A DNA stretch of 64,000 bases from Anolis carolinensis (lineage: Eukaryota). The stretch spans positions 264,274,525-264,338,524 of the forward strand of contig NC_085841.1 in the NCBI RefSeq assembly GCF_035594765.1, given 5' to 3'. Below are positions 25,006 to 38,646 of this stretch, in pieces (within the stretch, counting starts at the first letter, position 1; each line of letters opens with the position of its first letter). The position numbers and the translations under genes were made by a program. The notes below the pieces were generated by a model. The model saw only the letters and a program-made list of their open reading frames with translations. It did no database searches and was not told where the DNA came from.

Positions 25006-27984
25006 TAATACTCTGAATACTCATTTTAACCAAGTTCACTGCTTTAGCGCAAATAAAACTGGGTAGATTTATTATCAGAATTTAAGAAAACAGCATCTCC
25101 AAATACAGTGAAGAGTCTGTTTTAGTACTGTTCTCCTCAGTACTGCCAACTTAATGTTTCTAATGTGCCACGGACTGGTATCATATTTGTACTCATAGGG
25201 TACAACTCTTTCCTTTCCATCCCTCCCCCCTCCCCTTACCTTGAAATTTGTCAGCTGATGGTTTGCAGATCTGCACCAATCTACAGAGCAATATTTTCAT
25301 TCTGCCATATTACATTATAAAGTATTTGGGGATTAAATATTCACTACACAATGTAATCTCAACCCTCTTTGATTTGAGCTATTCCATACATTAGCAGGTA
25401 AAAACCTTGGTATCTAATCATATACACCAGGTCCTGTGTAGGAGATGTTGTTGAACTGCAGTTCCAATGAATGTACAGAACTGGGTACCCCTGTTACGAG
25501 CTGGTCATTGACCGTAATAAAAGTTTACTTACTTACTTACTAGAACTGCAGTTCCAGCAGCTCCTAGCCAGTGATGTAGAATGTTGGGAATTGCAGTCCA
25601 ACATCTGGAAGTACATGACTCCCATATCTAAGTTCATTCTGCCAAGAAAATCCTGGCTGAAAATCCATATTTCAAGAGCACCTATCTCTCCCTCCTGAAG
25701 GTGCCACATCTCAAGTTTCCATCCATCCTTCCTCCAGGCTTGAAGGTCAAGCATAAGCGTAACATTTCCAGAGTTATAAGAATTCATAGGTGCATTGTTT
25801 GCAGAGTGTTGACTCCGTAAATAACATGTCAATAATAACTTATTCTGCTCTTCCAGTTTTAACACTGTATTTATATTTCTATTATGAATGCTCTCCCAAA
25901 GGCAAAAAGTAAAGGCCAGATTTATTTTTCTTTTGCAATATAATATATCATTCCCCAGTAGGCTTATTTGTTCAGGTGTTGACCATTCTAATGATTTATA
26001 CAGAGAAGTCTGGTAGTGCTTTTTAACACCTACAAACTGGGAATGATAAACTCAAGAAGAATGATTTCAAAGTTAGAAAGGTCAAAGGAAGTTTCTTGTA
26101 CAAATAGAAAGGAAACCAAGAAGTGGCTTAATTGTGTGCTGTTGATACATATTTATTGGATTCAGCTTGTGGTCTCAAAAGTAAAAATTGCAAAGACATC
26201 TAAGAGGGTTGGCAGTTCAAGAAAAATATTACTTGAGGAAGGAATAGACACTACATTGGCCAACATACATATATTGATGTCAGATAGCATCAGAGTGTTG
26301 CATTCTTCCTTTACCAACCGAATATCCTCCACAAATACCTCCATCCTTGGGGCTTTTCACTTCATCTCAGCCTATTTCTAAATCTATAATCCTACTGAGA
26401 AATATGAAAACTGATAGGGTTTTATTGTTATTGTTAATTGCTATCAGATCAACTCTGTAAATGAGATACCTCCAAGTCACTTTGTTATCAGTAGAGCTGC
26501 CATGGCAATGGTCTACCATGCAGGAAGACCCAACCAAAGCATTCCCAACATGGAACTGCATGGAACTTCTTGACTGATTCCAAAAAGGAAATAAGACAGG
26601 AAATAATCATAGAGATGAACCATAGAGAGAAAACCATGGAGCTTGAAGTATAGGTTGAAATACACTCATAAAACAGGGAAACAACTATAAGGGCTGTAGG
26701 CGACAGTGTAATAAAAGTGAAAGTGGCCGAAGTGGGCACTACAACAAATCTTCACAAATTAGACATGGTTGTTTGTTTGTTTTTAAGTTGGCTTGACTAC
26801 AGAAATGACTGCAATGTCAACAAGACCAAGATTCAAGTATCAGAAATAAGCTTTCAGGAGAAGTTACTTCCACAAGAAGATCCATTGAGGGAAATCTTAA
26901 CCCAATTAAGAACCATTACAGATGGAATGAAAAATCTGGAGGTCAGGATTGACAAGAGAATTACACAGGCTGAAGAACATTTATGAAAAAAGAATATTAT
27001 GAGTTAAACAACCATAAAGAAATGGTCCCGTTAGCATTAAATGCTGAAAAGGCTTTCAATAATATCAACTGGATCTTTTTCCAAATTTTAATGAGCGAAA
27101 TGGACACGGGATATCAATTCCTAAATGCAATCAAAGCTATTTATGATCAACAGATAGCAAAAATTATGATCAATGGCCAAGAGGTCAGAAGCATTAAAAT
27201 AAGCAAAGATACCAGACAAGGATGCCTCTTATCTCCTTTAATTTTTATAATTGCAATGGAAATAATTTTAATTAATATCAGGGAGGACAAAAACTTGATT
27301 GGAACTAAAATAAGGAATAAATACTATAAAGTGAGAGCTTTTGGTGATGATTTAATTTGTGTTGTTGACAATCCTCTAGAAAATATAAAAAATGGACTAA
27401 CAAAATAGAAGAATTTGAAGATCTCTCATGCTTCAAAAAATACCAAAAAACCCTAATTATTTTAACCAAAATATACCAAAGAAAAGTCAAGAAGAACTAA
27501 AAGAGATTTCAGGACTACAAATATCAAACAAAATTAAATATTTAGGTCTTATGATTTCAGCAAAGAATTATCAACTTCTGAAAAATAACTATGAATTGAA
27601 ATGGAAGGAAATCAAAAAGGATTTGGAGAATTGGAAAAATCTAAATTTATCCTTACTAGGAAGAATTTCGACTATAAAAATTTACATACACCCAAAAATG
27701 TTATACCTATTTCAGAATCTTCCTATAATTCAAAATATAAGGATTTTCAAAGAGTGAAACAAGGACTTACCTAAATTTATCTGGCAGGGGGGGAAACCAA
27801 AAATTAAATATACAAACTTAACAAATGAGAATTTAACAGAAGAGAGGAGGCTTAGGCCTGCCAGATCTAAAAGTATACTTTGAAACTTGTGGTTTGACAT
27901 GGATAAAGGACTGGACAACACTTAATAAGAAGAAAATACTGATGTTAAAAGGTTATGATTTGAGAATCGGATGGCATGCCTATG

Positions 27985-28521
27985 TGTTAGGAATTTCTCT
28001 TCTTCAGAAGAGGAAGGAGAGCAGGAAAATGTTCATGATTTTGAGGGGGAGTTGGAATCTGAGGAGGAGATTTTGCAAGTACCCACATTTCAGAAGAGGC
28101 GAAAGAGAGCAGAGATGTCGTTCAGCTAGAATAGCTGCCAGAAATGCAGCTGAGTAATTGGGAACTGCCCTAGCAGCTGTGAGGGAACTCAGGGCTATAA
28201 AGCAGAAGCTAGGTGAAGTCAGCTTTTGCTGGTAACAAACTGACTCTAATGCCTAAGCCATCACTCTCCTTGTGCCTGCTTTGAGTTTGCATCTGGAAAA
28301 CTGTTCTTAAGGATTTATTGCTGTTTCCTTGTCTGAAGTAAGACTGCTACTTGATTTGAGAATTGATCAGAGACTTAAGAACTGTGTTTGCCCTAAGACT
28401 TCTTTGCTTTCTTTTGCATTATACCACTGAGTGTGCTGTTCTTTATGTTTTGCTGAAGTAAAGCAGTTTTCATTACTTACCACATTGTTTTAAGGCTGTT
28501 CTTGAAAAACAAAATAGGACA
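27985..28521 (+). mobile_element. Gypsy-type solo LTR (537 bp) inserted in L1 ORF2
   Basis: TGT...ACA termini, perfect 5-bp TSD ctatg (27980-27984, 28522-28526), TATAAA at 28196-28201 and AGTAAA at 28457-28462. The L1 frame GWHAY|VW resumes after it. Confidence 0.88.
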
Positions 28522-29314
28522 CTATGTCTGGTATGAAAAAACAAAAATAGAGAAAAAAATTGGAAACCACTTTATAAGATCTACTTTGGGAAAGATACAA
28601 AAAGAAACTTTATTCTAAAATAGCATTATGGATTTCTCCATTAGAAGCAGGAACAGGAGACTACTAGGGTGGGAGAAGTGGCCCACCTATAAAGAAATCT
28701 TGAAGAAATAAAAAGGGAATTCATGAGATGAAAATGCAGGAAGAGATTAATCTAAACTACGAAAATGTCTCTTGGTTCCAATAAAGACAACTAAGAAAAA
28801 ATTATAACAAAGGCAAAAATGGATTTACTGAAAAAGAAACATTCTGGGACAAAATAATGACAACAGATAAAAATTAATTACCAAAATTTACAAGAAGTTA
28901 CTAGAATGTTCAACAGATACTAAACAAGTCAAAGAATGCATGATTAAATGGGAAGCCAATATGCAGGTCAATAAAAATGGAAGAATGGGGCATATATGGA
29001 ACTACAAACTGAAACAAACATATGCATATGATTTGAAGGAAAATTGGTGCCAAATGATGTACTGGTAGTATATAAACTCACAAAAATTAGGAAAATATTA
29101 CTAAAAATGCAAAATAAATGTTGGAAATGTGGAAGTTAAGAAGGCACTTTATACCACATGTGGTGGATGTGTAGTAAAGCAAAGAAATGTTAGAAAGAAA
29201 TTCAAGAGACCTCATTAAAATACAATTGAAACCTGAATATTTTCTATCAGGAATAACAGATATGAAAATGGAAGTAAACAAAGTTGTACTTTTTGACTAT
29301 CTAGTAACTGCGGC

Positions 29315-29621
29315 AAAACAAAAATGTGCAACTTGGAAGTCTCTGAGCAGACTCAGAAGTGGAGTGGCAGATCAAAAGATAACCTGGCAAAATGGCACTA
29401 CCTAGAAGAATCCTCCACCTTGTGTGATTGTGGAGCAGAAAAAGAACTCAGCATCTGCATGCTTGCTCACAATGCCCTGCCTCATGTACAGAGGAAGAAT
29501 TGTTTAAAGCTATAGACAATGCTGTTGCTGTTTCCCGCTTTTGGTCTAAAGCTATTTAGCTGCTTGTGATCCCTTTATTTTATCAATTTTAAATTTATTA
29601 TGCAATGCTTTTGACACAAAA
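29315..29621 (+). mobile_element. RTE-clade LINE 3' fragment inserted in L1
   Basis: ATWKSLSRLRSGV motif, homologous to 43679-44255. TSD taactgcggc/taactgtagc. Confidence 0.85.
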
Positions 29622-32227
29622 TAACTGTAGCTAGAATAGTATACACAAGAAACTGGAGACAGAAAGAAATACCTACAACAGATCATCAAAATAGTGAAAC
29701 TTATGAATATGGACAAATTGACTCAATTATTAACAAAACATTAAGGAAGATCCAAGAAAACAATGGATTGGCAACCCTTCAAAGACTATATGATTCAAAA
29801 GAACAGAAGTTTACTAATATAGCCAATTCTATTGAGGTAAAGAAAATTTGCCTTACAAAGAAAAAGAGCGAATGGGTGAAGCACATAGACTGAATGAGTT
29901 GAGACTAAGGACAATAATTAAACCGCGATGAAGAAGATTGGAAGGACACAAATCTTTTACCTCTTTTTTGATTCTGTTTTTTCTTTTTTTCTCCCCATCT
30001 CTGTCCTTTTTTAGTACTTTCCCATATAAATCTTTTCATCCTCTCTCATCATTTTCCCTCCTTAATTTTTCAATTTTACAATGTGTGAAGCAAGCTTTAA
30101 TTTAAAAATCATTAAAAAAGAGATGGAGAAAGATATGCAACAGATGACAGACACAATGAGTGGTATTTTGAAGCAGCAGGAACAGCAAAAACAGAAAATA
30201 AAAGTAATTGAAGAGGCTCAAAATAAGATGCAAATGGATTGCCAAAGAGACTCAATTCAGTTTTAGGGATTAGAGTTTTCACAAAGTGAATACTCTTTGA
30301 CATTGGGAGAAATACTGGAATCTGTACAGAAACTGAATAACTGAAGTTGTGGCTGGAATCCTTGGTAGACCAGAGCAAGTGGCTGAGACTCAAATCATCA
30401 GGACATTTTGGGTCCAATCCCAATATGTAGTAAGGAATAAACTTCCAAGAGATGTGGTTGTGTTGTTTACAAGAAGGAAAGTATGAGACCAAATTTTGCA
30501 AGCTTACGCCAAAAATCCAATTGAAATAGGAAATACCAGGATTGCAGCATTAAGGGAACTTCCACCTCAGATAATAAAGAAAAGATTGCTTTTTCCTGAC
30601 AGATAAACTCAAGATGAAATGCTGCAGATTTAGATGGGAAAATCAAGAAGAACAAAGGTATTGGTTAACATCAATCATGAAGGCCTACAATAAAATTTAG
30701 TTCTTTTATGATAAATTAAAAAAAGAGCTAGATTCAGAAGAAAGATCAGAAGACCAAGGAGAAAGAGAACATACCAGAAGGCAAGAAGAGATGGCAATCT
30801 CAATAGATCTTAGATAAGGAAGATGTTCAGTAACAGCAATACGTCATTCCACATGATGAAGGAGAACTGGATGATCATCTACTATCTCAAGAATGAGGAC
30901 ACTAAAGATACCTTTAAAAATATAATTGGACAGAATTCGTCAAACAAGAGAGCCTTCCATTATTTGTGGTTACTGGAAACAAGAAGAAATTCCCACTCAG
31001 GATTTATGGATTACATAAAGTTAGCGATGGACAAACTGACTAGGTATATACAATCACAGATCCTTCCAGATTTGAAGAAGACTGGCAGCCTTTTATTGAT
31101 TATTTAAAAGAAGAAAAGAAAATGAAAATATGGTGTTTTCTATAGCATAAAGGGAAAATTAGTAGTACAAGTATGTAGGAATAACAAGAAAAGAAAAAAC
31201 AGAAGTTAGTGACAAGAATAGCAGGATCCCCAATGATACCCAAGGGATTCTGGAAAGTTAATCTACCAGAGAAAAGAAACTGACAAAAAAAGAGAGATTT
31301 TTTTTAATTATGAAGAAGAAATCAGAGACAAAGTATGAAGCATTAGTTAGGGCTTTCTGTTTTACTTTTCTCAACTTCTCTATCTCTCTTGTTTCAAAAC
31401 ACTGTACATCCCTTTTCTATCTTTCTGTTTTAGCTTAGAAAATAAGTGTGCCTTTTTCCTCTTTTCTTTTTTAACATCATAGAAGCCATGTTTGTATTGG
31501 ATAACAATAAAAGAAGATGAAGAAGATGTTAAAATGCCCCTGTTCTATATCCACTCTTGTATCCTTCCCCATTCTTCGTATATTTGCAATAAAAATATAT
31601 GGAAAAATATAATAATTTAGTTTACCAACTAAACATTAGAAAGGCAATGGGTAGCATATACTATGCTACCCTAAGTCTCATTTTAGGGTTGTTTTTAGCC
31701 ATCTTGTTTGTCTCCTTCCCCCCATTGCTAACGTTGTACATTTTTTTAAAATGACTGATTGACTAAAACAAATTTGCCTTTGGGATTTCCCACAGTGCAT
31801 ATTCCTGTTGTTACAGCAATTAAGATTTGAAATTCAGTATTCCTCCAAAGTGGAAGTAAACCTGAAATAGAGAATCAATTTTGTTTCCTTAATTTATTAG
31901 ACCAACGTTAAATGCAATACCTATAAAAATCACCATCCTGTGAAATGTTCATCATATTAGAGGCTAGGAAAGAATAATGAGCACATCTATGCCCTAGTGT
32001 TACCTAAATACAGCAAGAGTGACATAGATGTATAAAATGCCTTTTCTAGAAATGCCTCCCTCTTGATTTTTGTTGTTGTTAGTCCTTGTCAAGTCAATTT
32101 TGATTCATGATTCATTCCTATGAATGAGAGACCTCCAAATCACCCCTTCTTCAACAGTGATGCTCAAAGATTAATGGCCTTGTAAAAAAAATTGAGGCCA
32201 GAACCTGATTAGTGGCATAGGCTAGTG

Positions 32228-32362
32228 CAGTGGTTCTCAACCTGGGGTCCCCAGATGTTTTTGGCCTACAATTCCCAGAAATCCCAGCCAGTTTACCAGC
32301 TGTTATGATTTCTGGGAGTTGAAGGCCAAAAACATCTGCGGACTGCAGGTTGAGAACCATTG
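32228..32362. mobile_element. hAT MITE
   Basis: Same family as 315-448. 8-bp TSD ggctagtg/ggctagta. Confidence 0.88.
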
Positions 32363-34149
32363 GGCTAGTATAATCAGAGTTATACTTGTGTAATGATTTT
32401 TTAAAAATGAAATTGAAGAAGAATGTATCAATTCCCTCTTTACACTATGAGTTTTTCCCAAATAGTACACTGGCAGACGAATTGTACCCAGATCACCATT
32501 CTCTCATCTCCATCTCAATGAAACAGCCATTGATTAGCCACAGGAGTACACTGATAGTTGTTTCATACAATTGCTCAGCTGGCAACCATGACCTCTCAGA
32601 CCTTCAGGTAAGTATGAAACTTTACCCTCCACCCATCAGATAAGATCTCAATCTTATGTGGTAATAGCCATCTTCTAAACCAAATTTCAGTCTTTTATCA
32701 AAGTTGTGTTGTAACGATATTAGAACTAAAAGATAGGAGATTTGTGCTAAATACCTATATAGTGCATGCTCATACTTTTGCACTTCCTAATCTTAATTCT
32801 TCCTAATCATACATTCTTAAATAAATGATCTATGAATTGTTTCGTTTTATAATTTAATGTTAGTTCAGTGCACACTATGCCATGTGCCAAAAGTACTCTT
32901 TCATACTACCCAGATTCATGGCTCAGAAGCATTACTTTGGGAATATCTATTTCACAATCACTATAAATCTCCATTTATAGCTGTGGAAAATTATGCAGAA
33001 GATAGAGGATCTTATTTTCCTACACGTGCAGATCTACATCTGGAGGTTTTCATCTGTTTGTTCTTTGAATATTTTTACAAAGTGTGGGATGACAAGTAGC
33101 TATGGGTGAAAAATACCTTTTTAGTGGTGGCACCTGGTTGTGTAACATTTTCCTGAGATTGGCATGCATAGTGCCTACTTTCGTGTCTTTTTGGAACAAT
33201 GCAAAAAGCATTGTCTTCCTGAGTCTTTCTTGTAGTATTTAAGACTTTGACTGTGTTGATATTGCTACTGTTTTCTCCATTTGTTTTGATCGGTTTTTCA
33301 CTTTCATTTGTACTTTAAATGAGGTACTTTATTGTGTTCTTTGTGATCTTTATTCTTTAAGCAACCAAAAAATAGCATCTTATTCTGGGGAGGTATATAA
33401 ATAATGCAAATAAACAAGTAAATAGATTTTTTTAAAGCCATAATCAGTTATGGTACACAGTTCTGTATTGAAGAGAGATACTTACATTTGGATGTTTCCA
33501 GAATTATTGCAGCTTGACACTGTTCTTTTTTTCTTGCTTCTATACAATGGAATCCTGGGTTTCATAGTTTGGTGATATGCTTACTGCTCTCTGTAGCACT
33601 ACTGTTCAAAAGAATGAATTAAAACTCTCTAGCAAAGATTTTTAAAAACCTCCCCAAAATAACAAACCCCAGGATTCCATAGAAAATAGCCTTCGTAACT
33701 AAACTGGCATCAAACTACTGTATTTTTGGAATATGGGTACATTCTATTTTGCTCACTGCTGTCCAGTGCAGCTCAAGAACTGGCCTCTTGATTTAGATCC
33801 CTCACGCAGCAATCCCTCCCCCACTTTACTGGTTTACAGACTGCTTATTTATTTATTTATTTATTTATTTCCATCATTTATATGCCGCCTTTCTCACTCA
33901 GGGCAGCTCAAGTGCTTACACTTGTTAGGCTCTCAATTCTCAGCCAATGATCATAACACCTAGAATTCCCTGAATCTTGTAGACTCTTCCTTTCTTACAC
34001 CATCCTGTATTTGTTGCATCGCTTAGAGAGGGTAAGATTCCTCAGTAGCATATCCATACCAGTCACAAATCCCACACCATAAAATTAAAAGTTCAGTCTA
34101 GAAAACTGTCACTCTGATCTTCTAAGTAACTTCAGCACAGTCTACAGTA

Positions 34150-34375
34150 AGTGCTTCAGTCATTCTGCGTGGGTGTATTCAGTGGCTCCTTGCACAGTAT
34201 TTTTTGTCCAATGGCTATAGGATACTGGGAGCAGTTTCCTAGCTCAAGCGGTCACTGCTTGTCATGTGAGGACAAGTTCCATCATGCCATCATCTAACTA
34301 TTTGCCATCATTGTCCTGGACATCCATCCATATACATTGTCTATCCCACCACCATTAAATATGATCTCTGCCTAG
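34150..34375 (-). mobile_element. Old RTE/BovB-like 3' fragment
   Basis: ccaatggctatagg...catccatccatatacattgtctatcc...atgatctct resembles the inverted BovB 3' region (compare 53965-54075). Confidence 0.4.
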
Positions 34376-36216
34376 ATGGACAGCTGAAAACCATATGCTA
34401 GCTATTATATTTACTTTTGTGACAAATAAATTGGACTCAATAGATAAAGTGTTCATTGGGAACTCCCAATTTCTCCAAAAGAGTAGCTGATATAAAGGAC
34501 GGTATTAGCAGTTTGGATGTCCCACACTCTCATTGCAAAATCAATGTTGAGAGTCTTTACAATAAAGCCACTAACTGTGCTAACTACCTGTTAAGTGAAG
34601 AGAGGAGGATATCACCACTGAGTCTTCATAGTATGTTCTTTCCTATCTGATTTATCCCACAGGATTTAATTCATGTGGCAGGATGGCACCCATCTGTGTT
34701 ATGATGGGTACTGATGTTGCTAGAGTTGTACCTGACTCAGTATATGGATTTGTTATGTTTGGGATTCTCAGCTTCATTTCATGCTGCGGTTGGGTGAGGA
34801 GACCTTCTTCAGGTTGGAACATTAAAGAATATTCTAAACACGTACAACTTTGTAGCCATTATAGAATATCTGTGCATATTCTTAAGAAGTTTTGAGAACA
34901 GAGGTTACAGAAGCCTGCATGAAGGCAAAGCATTCTGAAGAGACATGAACGTCTCTATTGAAATGGAATACTGTGCAAGATTGGTACCCAAGTTAAAATA
35001 GCATGTGATTGCCAGAGTAATCTATGCTTATCTCCTTTTCTTGAAGCTGATACGCCTCCTTTTACATTACTGCTACTACCACTAGTACTACTGCATGCTG
35101 CAGCTTCTAACATTACTATTCCTATTGTTGTTAAAATCAGTTCTCAGATGTTTGAGATCTCAAGGGTGCCTTGCACAATGTTGTGTTTTATCGGTGTAGT
35201 TTCTCTCCCATCTTTCTATATGATATATACTCATGCCTATGCTTCCAAAATTGGATAGTCAAATCCCGTAGAGCAAAGCAGCTAACATAAAAAACAAATT
35301 TTCATAGCCCAGTGATATAAATTAATATCAGAGGATGAACCAGTCATGGGGTGGGTGAAGCAGGGGGAGAGAAGAGAGATGCAACAAATGAACAGGAATG
35401 ATTAGGAGGGTGTATTGAATCAGACAGCATATTTTTTATTCATTCCAAGAACATTTTTGAAGTGTCACTATGTATTTAAGCCAACAATATGTGTTGACAG
35501 TAAGCTAACTGTTTAACAGTTTTACATATACAAAACAGAGCACAAAATGAATGTTCTTGTTTGCAACTGTGTAAAGGCCAGCGCATAACAACCATCATCT
35601 TTACGCTTGGCAACTGGCAATAAAAATATAATGACAACAAGGTGGTTACAGCAGTCTTGCAAGTTCTGAAAGGTCATGGCCATGTGGCAAAGCTGGCTTA
35701 GATTATTGTCTTTGTTGCATAAGGAGTAATTATGTAAGAAAAACCTCTTAGGTGCCTTGGCTCCATCACACACACATACACACACACACACCCCTCCCCA
35801 AGGCAGACATCCTAAAATAGGCATCTCAGAGCTTGTTGCTGCCTCTTCTTTTCCCCCAAAGAATTCTACAAAAAAAGTGTACCACACCAGCATAGTGGCA
35901 TCACAATGCCATCAGAACAGGTCATCAGTAGGCTTCTGGCCAATGTGTTCTAATGAGAGCATATGAATATAATGGTTTAATTATTTATTCTTCCATATCG
36001 GAATGTTAATTGAACACAGCACTTCCCTAGTATATAAGCATACTTCATGGATATCATGGTATATTCCTCACATATATTAAAGCCCATGCTCCTCTGTGTT
36101 GAAAATGGAGGGAACTATGGTCAGTTGGCCAGTGCAACAATGCCAGTATAGACTATGGTGGAAAGTGGTGTGAAATAAATGTCATTGGTACAATAGTTTG
36201 ATCAGAACTGATAGAC

Positions 36217-36500
36217 CTCTCCACCCAGAGAAGACAGGAAGAAAAGGAGAAGCCGGAGTTTACAAAGAAACAAGCAAGAAGAAATGAATAGAACCACCAT
36301 AAAGGAGATCGGAAGTCAACAAACTGTCCCCTCCCCATTATTTCGTACCTTCCCTTTTCTAGGACATTGCAACCCTTACCCACCTCTCTATTTTTATTAT
36401 TTTTATTTTTCCTCTTTTCTTTTTAATCATTCCATCACGGAATTTATCCTATTTTATCTTGATGTTTAACATATTTGAATAAAATAATTTTTTTAAAAAA
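36217..36500 (+). mobile_element. L1 3' UTR fragment with poly(A)
   Basis: ggaagtc motif, pyrimidine-rich 3' UTR, aataaa and an A tail. Degenerate TSD agaactgatagac/agaaccgataaac. Confidence 0.55.
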
Positions 36501-36544
36501 AGAACCGATAAACTAAACATGAATCTTGTTTGATATGCTATGCC

Positions 36545-37150
36545 TCACAGAAATTGGAATGAGCCATCACGTCCAACCTCCTGCTCAAGGCAGGATCTCC
36601 AGATAAACCATTTGCAACAGATATGCTCTTCAGCTCTTTTTGAAGGGAAGGAAGCTCCCATCTCTGCTCTAGACAATTGTTCCATTGCCAGACCTTTCTT
36701 ACTGTCAAAACATGATTTATCAGTTGAAATCTGCCTACTCTTCTATAACTTAAAATCATTAGAACTGGCCCTACCCTCTTAAGAAGCACAGAAGAGGTCT
36801 GCACGCTCCATCAGATATTTAAAGGCTGTGATCATGTCATTCCTTAAGTCTTCTCTTCACCAAGATGATCATGCCTAGCTCCAAGTTTTCCTCTTGCATT
36901 TTGTTCTAATACCTTGTGTCATCCCAGTTGCCCTTCTCTGAACGTATCCTAATTTATTTATATACTTTTTAAAATGAGGTGCCCAGTACCTGAAAGTAGT
37001 TCTTCAGATGAAGCTGGATTAACAGAAAAAATAATAGGACTATTGCTTTTCTTGACTTGTAAATGATGGTTATGTTCATGCAGGCTAAAATATTATTTGT
37101 TTTCCATGCTGCAACATCACATTATTCGATCCCGTTCAACTTATGTTCAA
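36545..37150 (-). mobile_element. Old CR1 3' fragment
   Basis: cacagaaattggaatgagccatc...ccaacc...ttgttccattgcc...cttctcttcaccaag...gaggtgcccag, homologous to 46992-47585. Confidence 0.7.
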
Positions 37151-38486
37151 CTCAGAACTATGCTGGTGCAGGTGGTGATGGCAGCAGAAAAAAGGCTGCA
37201 AGAGCTATGAAGGAAATGAGTCACTGGAGAAATGGAAGAATTTGTCCTCCTTGTCTGTCATAGACTTTTACTTCATCAGAAATAAAAAGAAAAGAAAGAA
37301 ATTTGGAAGCATCCAATGGAATCCATGAATAAAAAGAAGATTCATCTCAATAAAATGTGGTCTTTAACTGTTAAACAATCTGACAAGTTTCAGTCTGTGA
37401 TGTACTTAAAACTTCAGGGGGATTGTATAAAATCTGTATAAAAATAAGATTCAGTATCACTGGCATCATTACTTAACTAAGTAGCATCACCCAGGATGAC
37501 TCCCCTTTTCTCACTTACCAGGCGGCAGCCACTGTGAGTGACAGAGATCTGTTCCTTTGTCAACCAGGAATCAGCTGCCTAACATTTCCACTTCTTCCCG
37601 TGAGCAGTTTCTGGTGAGATAGTGTTGAAAATGACAACCTTCATCAATCCTTCTCCAGCAATCCATTTGTCTATGATCTTGTTGCTTACTGTTTCCTGTA
37701 AGTATGTTCTGGTGTGCAGCTTCTTTTACTCTATGGTTTCTGAGAAGTTATAAAAGTGGTTGCAGACCACATGCTCTCTCTCTGTCCATTTGATTATGTG
37801 ACCTGTTGATAGCAGTTTTGTTACAAAAGAGATGCCCTGGCCAGCTGGCACAGAGATTCATCTCAAAGATATTTGAAACTGGACTACTTCATTTTGTCTC
37901 TTGAGTGCATGATATGAAGCAAATTGTTTTATTAGAGAGTACTTTTTTGAGGACTGATAAAAACACTTCTAAAGCTCTGCTGTTTTTCTGCACTGGCAAA
38001 GCTCTGTTTTCCTGACAGATCGGAGCTTGCTGGTTATTCAATCTAACAACTCTTCTTTAAAAGGTTGTAATTTCTAATAAATAGTCAAAAACAGGTGTCC
38101 TGTTTAAATCCTCCAAAAGTAGAACCAAAAACAACGGATTCAAATGGCAAGAAAGAAATTTGAACTAAACATTAAGAACTGCCTGATGGCAACTGCTGCT
38201 CATCATTGGAACTGGCTGTTTTGGAAGATAAAGATGAAGGTAGGGCAGTCATCTGACAGGGATCCTTCAGCTGTGGTTTTCTGCCCTGGTAGTGGGTTGA
38301 ACGAAATAGCCCTTTGGGTCCTTTGCAACTACAGCTCAGTTGGAGATTTCTTATATGTTTTGATACAGAAAGATAAAAAGGTCAGACAGATTTTACCTGA
38401 AAGTCAGACTGTAGTAAAGGAGTAATTAACACTATTGTAGATTATGACACTTGAGAGAAGAAAAGGTTGTTTTTATGACAATAAAG

Positions 38487-38646
38487 CAGTGGTTCTCAAC
38501 CTGGAGTCCCCAGATGTTTTAGGCCTCCAACTCCCAGAAACCCCAGCTGGTTTACCAGCTGTTAGGATTTCTGGGGGTTGAAGGCCATAAGTTTGAAGTG
38601 GTGGTGGAAATCCAGTTGGTTAGTCCAAATTACAGTTGAACCACTG
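38487..38646. mobile_element. hAT MITE whose right arm is replaced by locally copied DNA
   Basis: Left TIR cagtggttctcaacc, right end gttgaaccactg and TSD caataaag/taataaag. 38586-38646 matches 39742-39803. Confidence 0.8.

Larger units (their letters stand above)
26994..30113 (+). pseudogene. 5'-truncated, decayed L1 (L1-A) ORF2: reverse transcriptase to C-terminal CCHC, plus 3' UTR
   Basis: Motifs LNAEKAFN (LDAEKAFD), TRQGCLLSP, AFGDDL (YADD), IKYLG and KCWKC...H.WW.C, with stops and frameshifts. TSD aaaaaaga (26986-26993, 30114-30121). Confidence 0.9.
26820..31605 (+). mobile_element. Outer L1 element (L1-B): ORF1 split at 26993/30114, internally deleted, ending in the ORF2 C-terminus and 3' UTR
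   Basis: ORF1 coiled coil DPLREILTQL...AEEHL resumes after the nested L1 as KKEMEKDMQQMTD..., with a later PRDVVV motif (~30445). It then jumps to ORF2-end motifs (MDKLT; FEEDWQPFIDYL) and an A-rich tail. Confidence 0.7.

Noticed and set aside
26016-26561. Possible ancient L2/CR1 endonuclease remnant (LMLSDINI resembling LILGDFNI; LIYR)
   Set aside because: Too degenerate to support without a profile search.
26948-26960. attgacaag, resembling the start of the next TSPAN4 exon (IDK)
   Set aside because: It lies in L1 ORF1, has no acceptor, and the downstream peptide does not match.
32466-32613. Consensus donor cag|gtaagt with an upstream acceptor-like site
   Set aside because: In-frame stop in the tetraspanin phase and no homology. 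Such sites are common in long introns.
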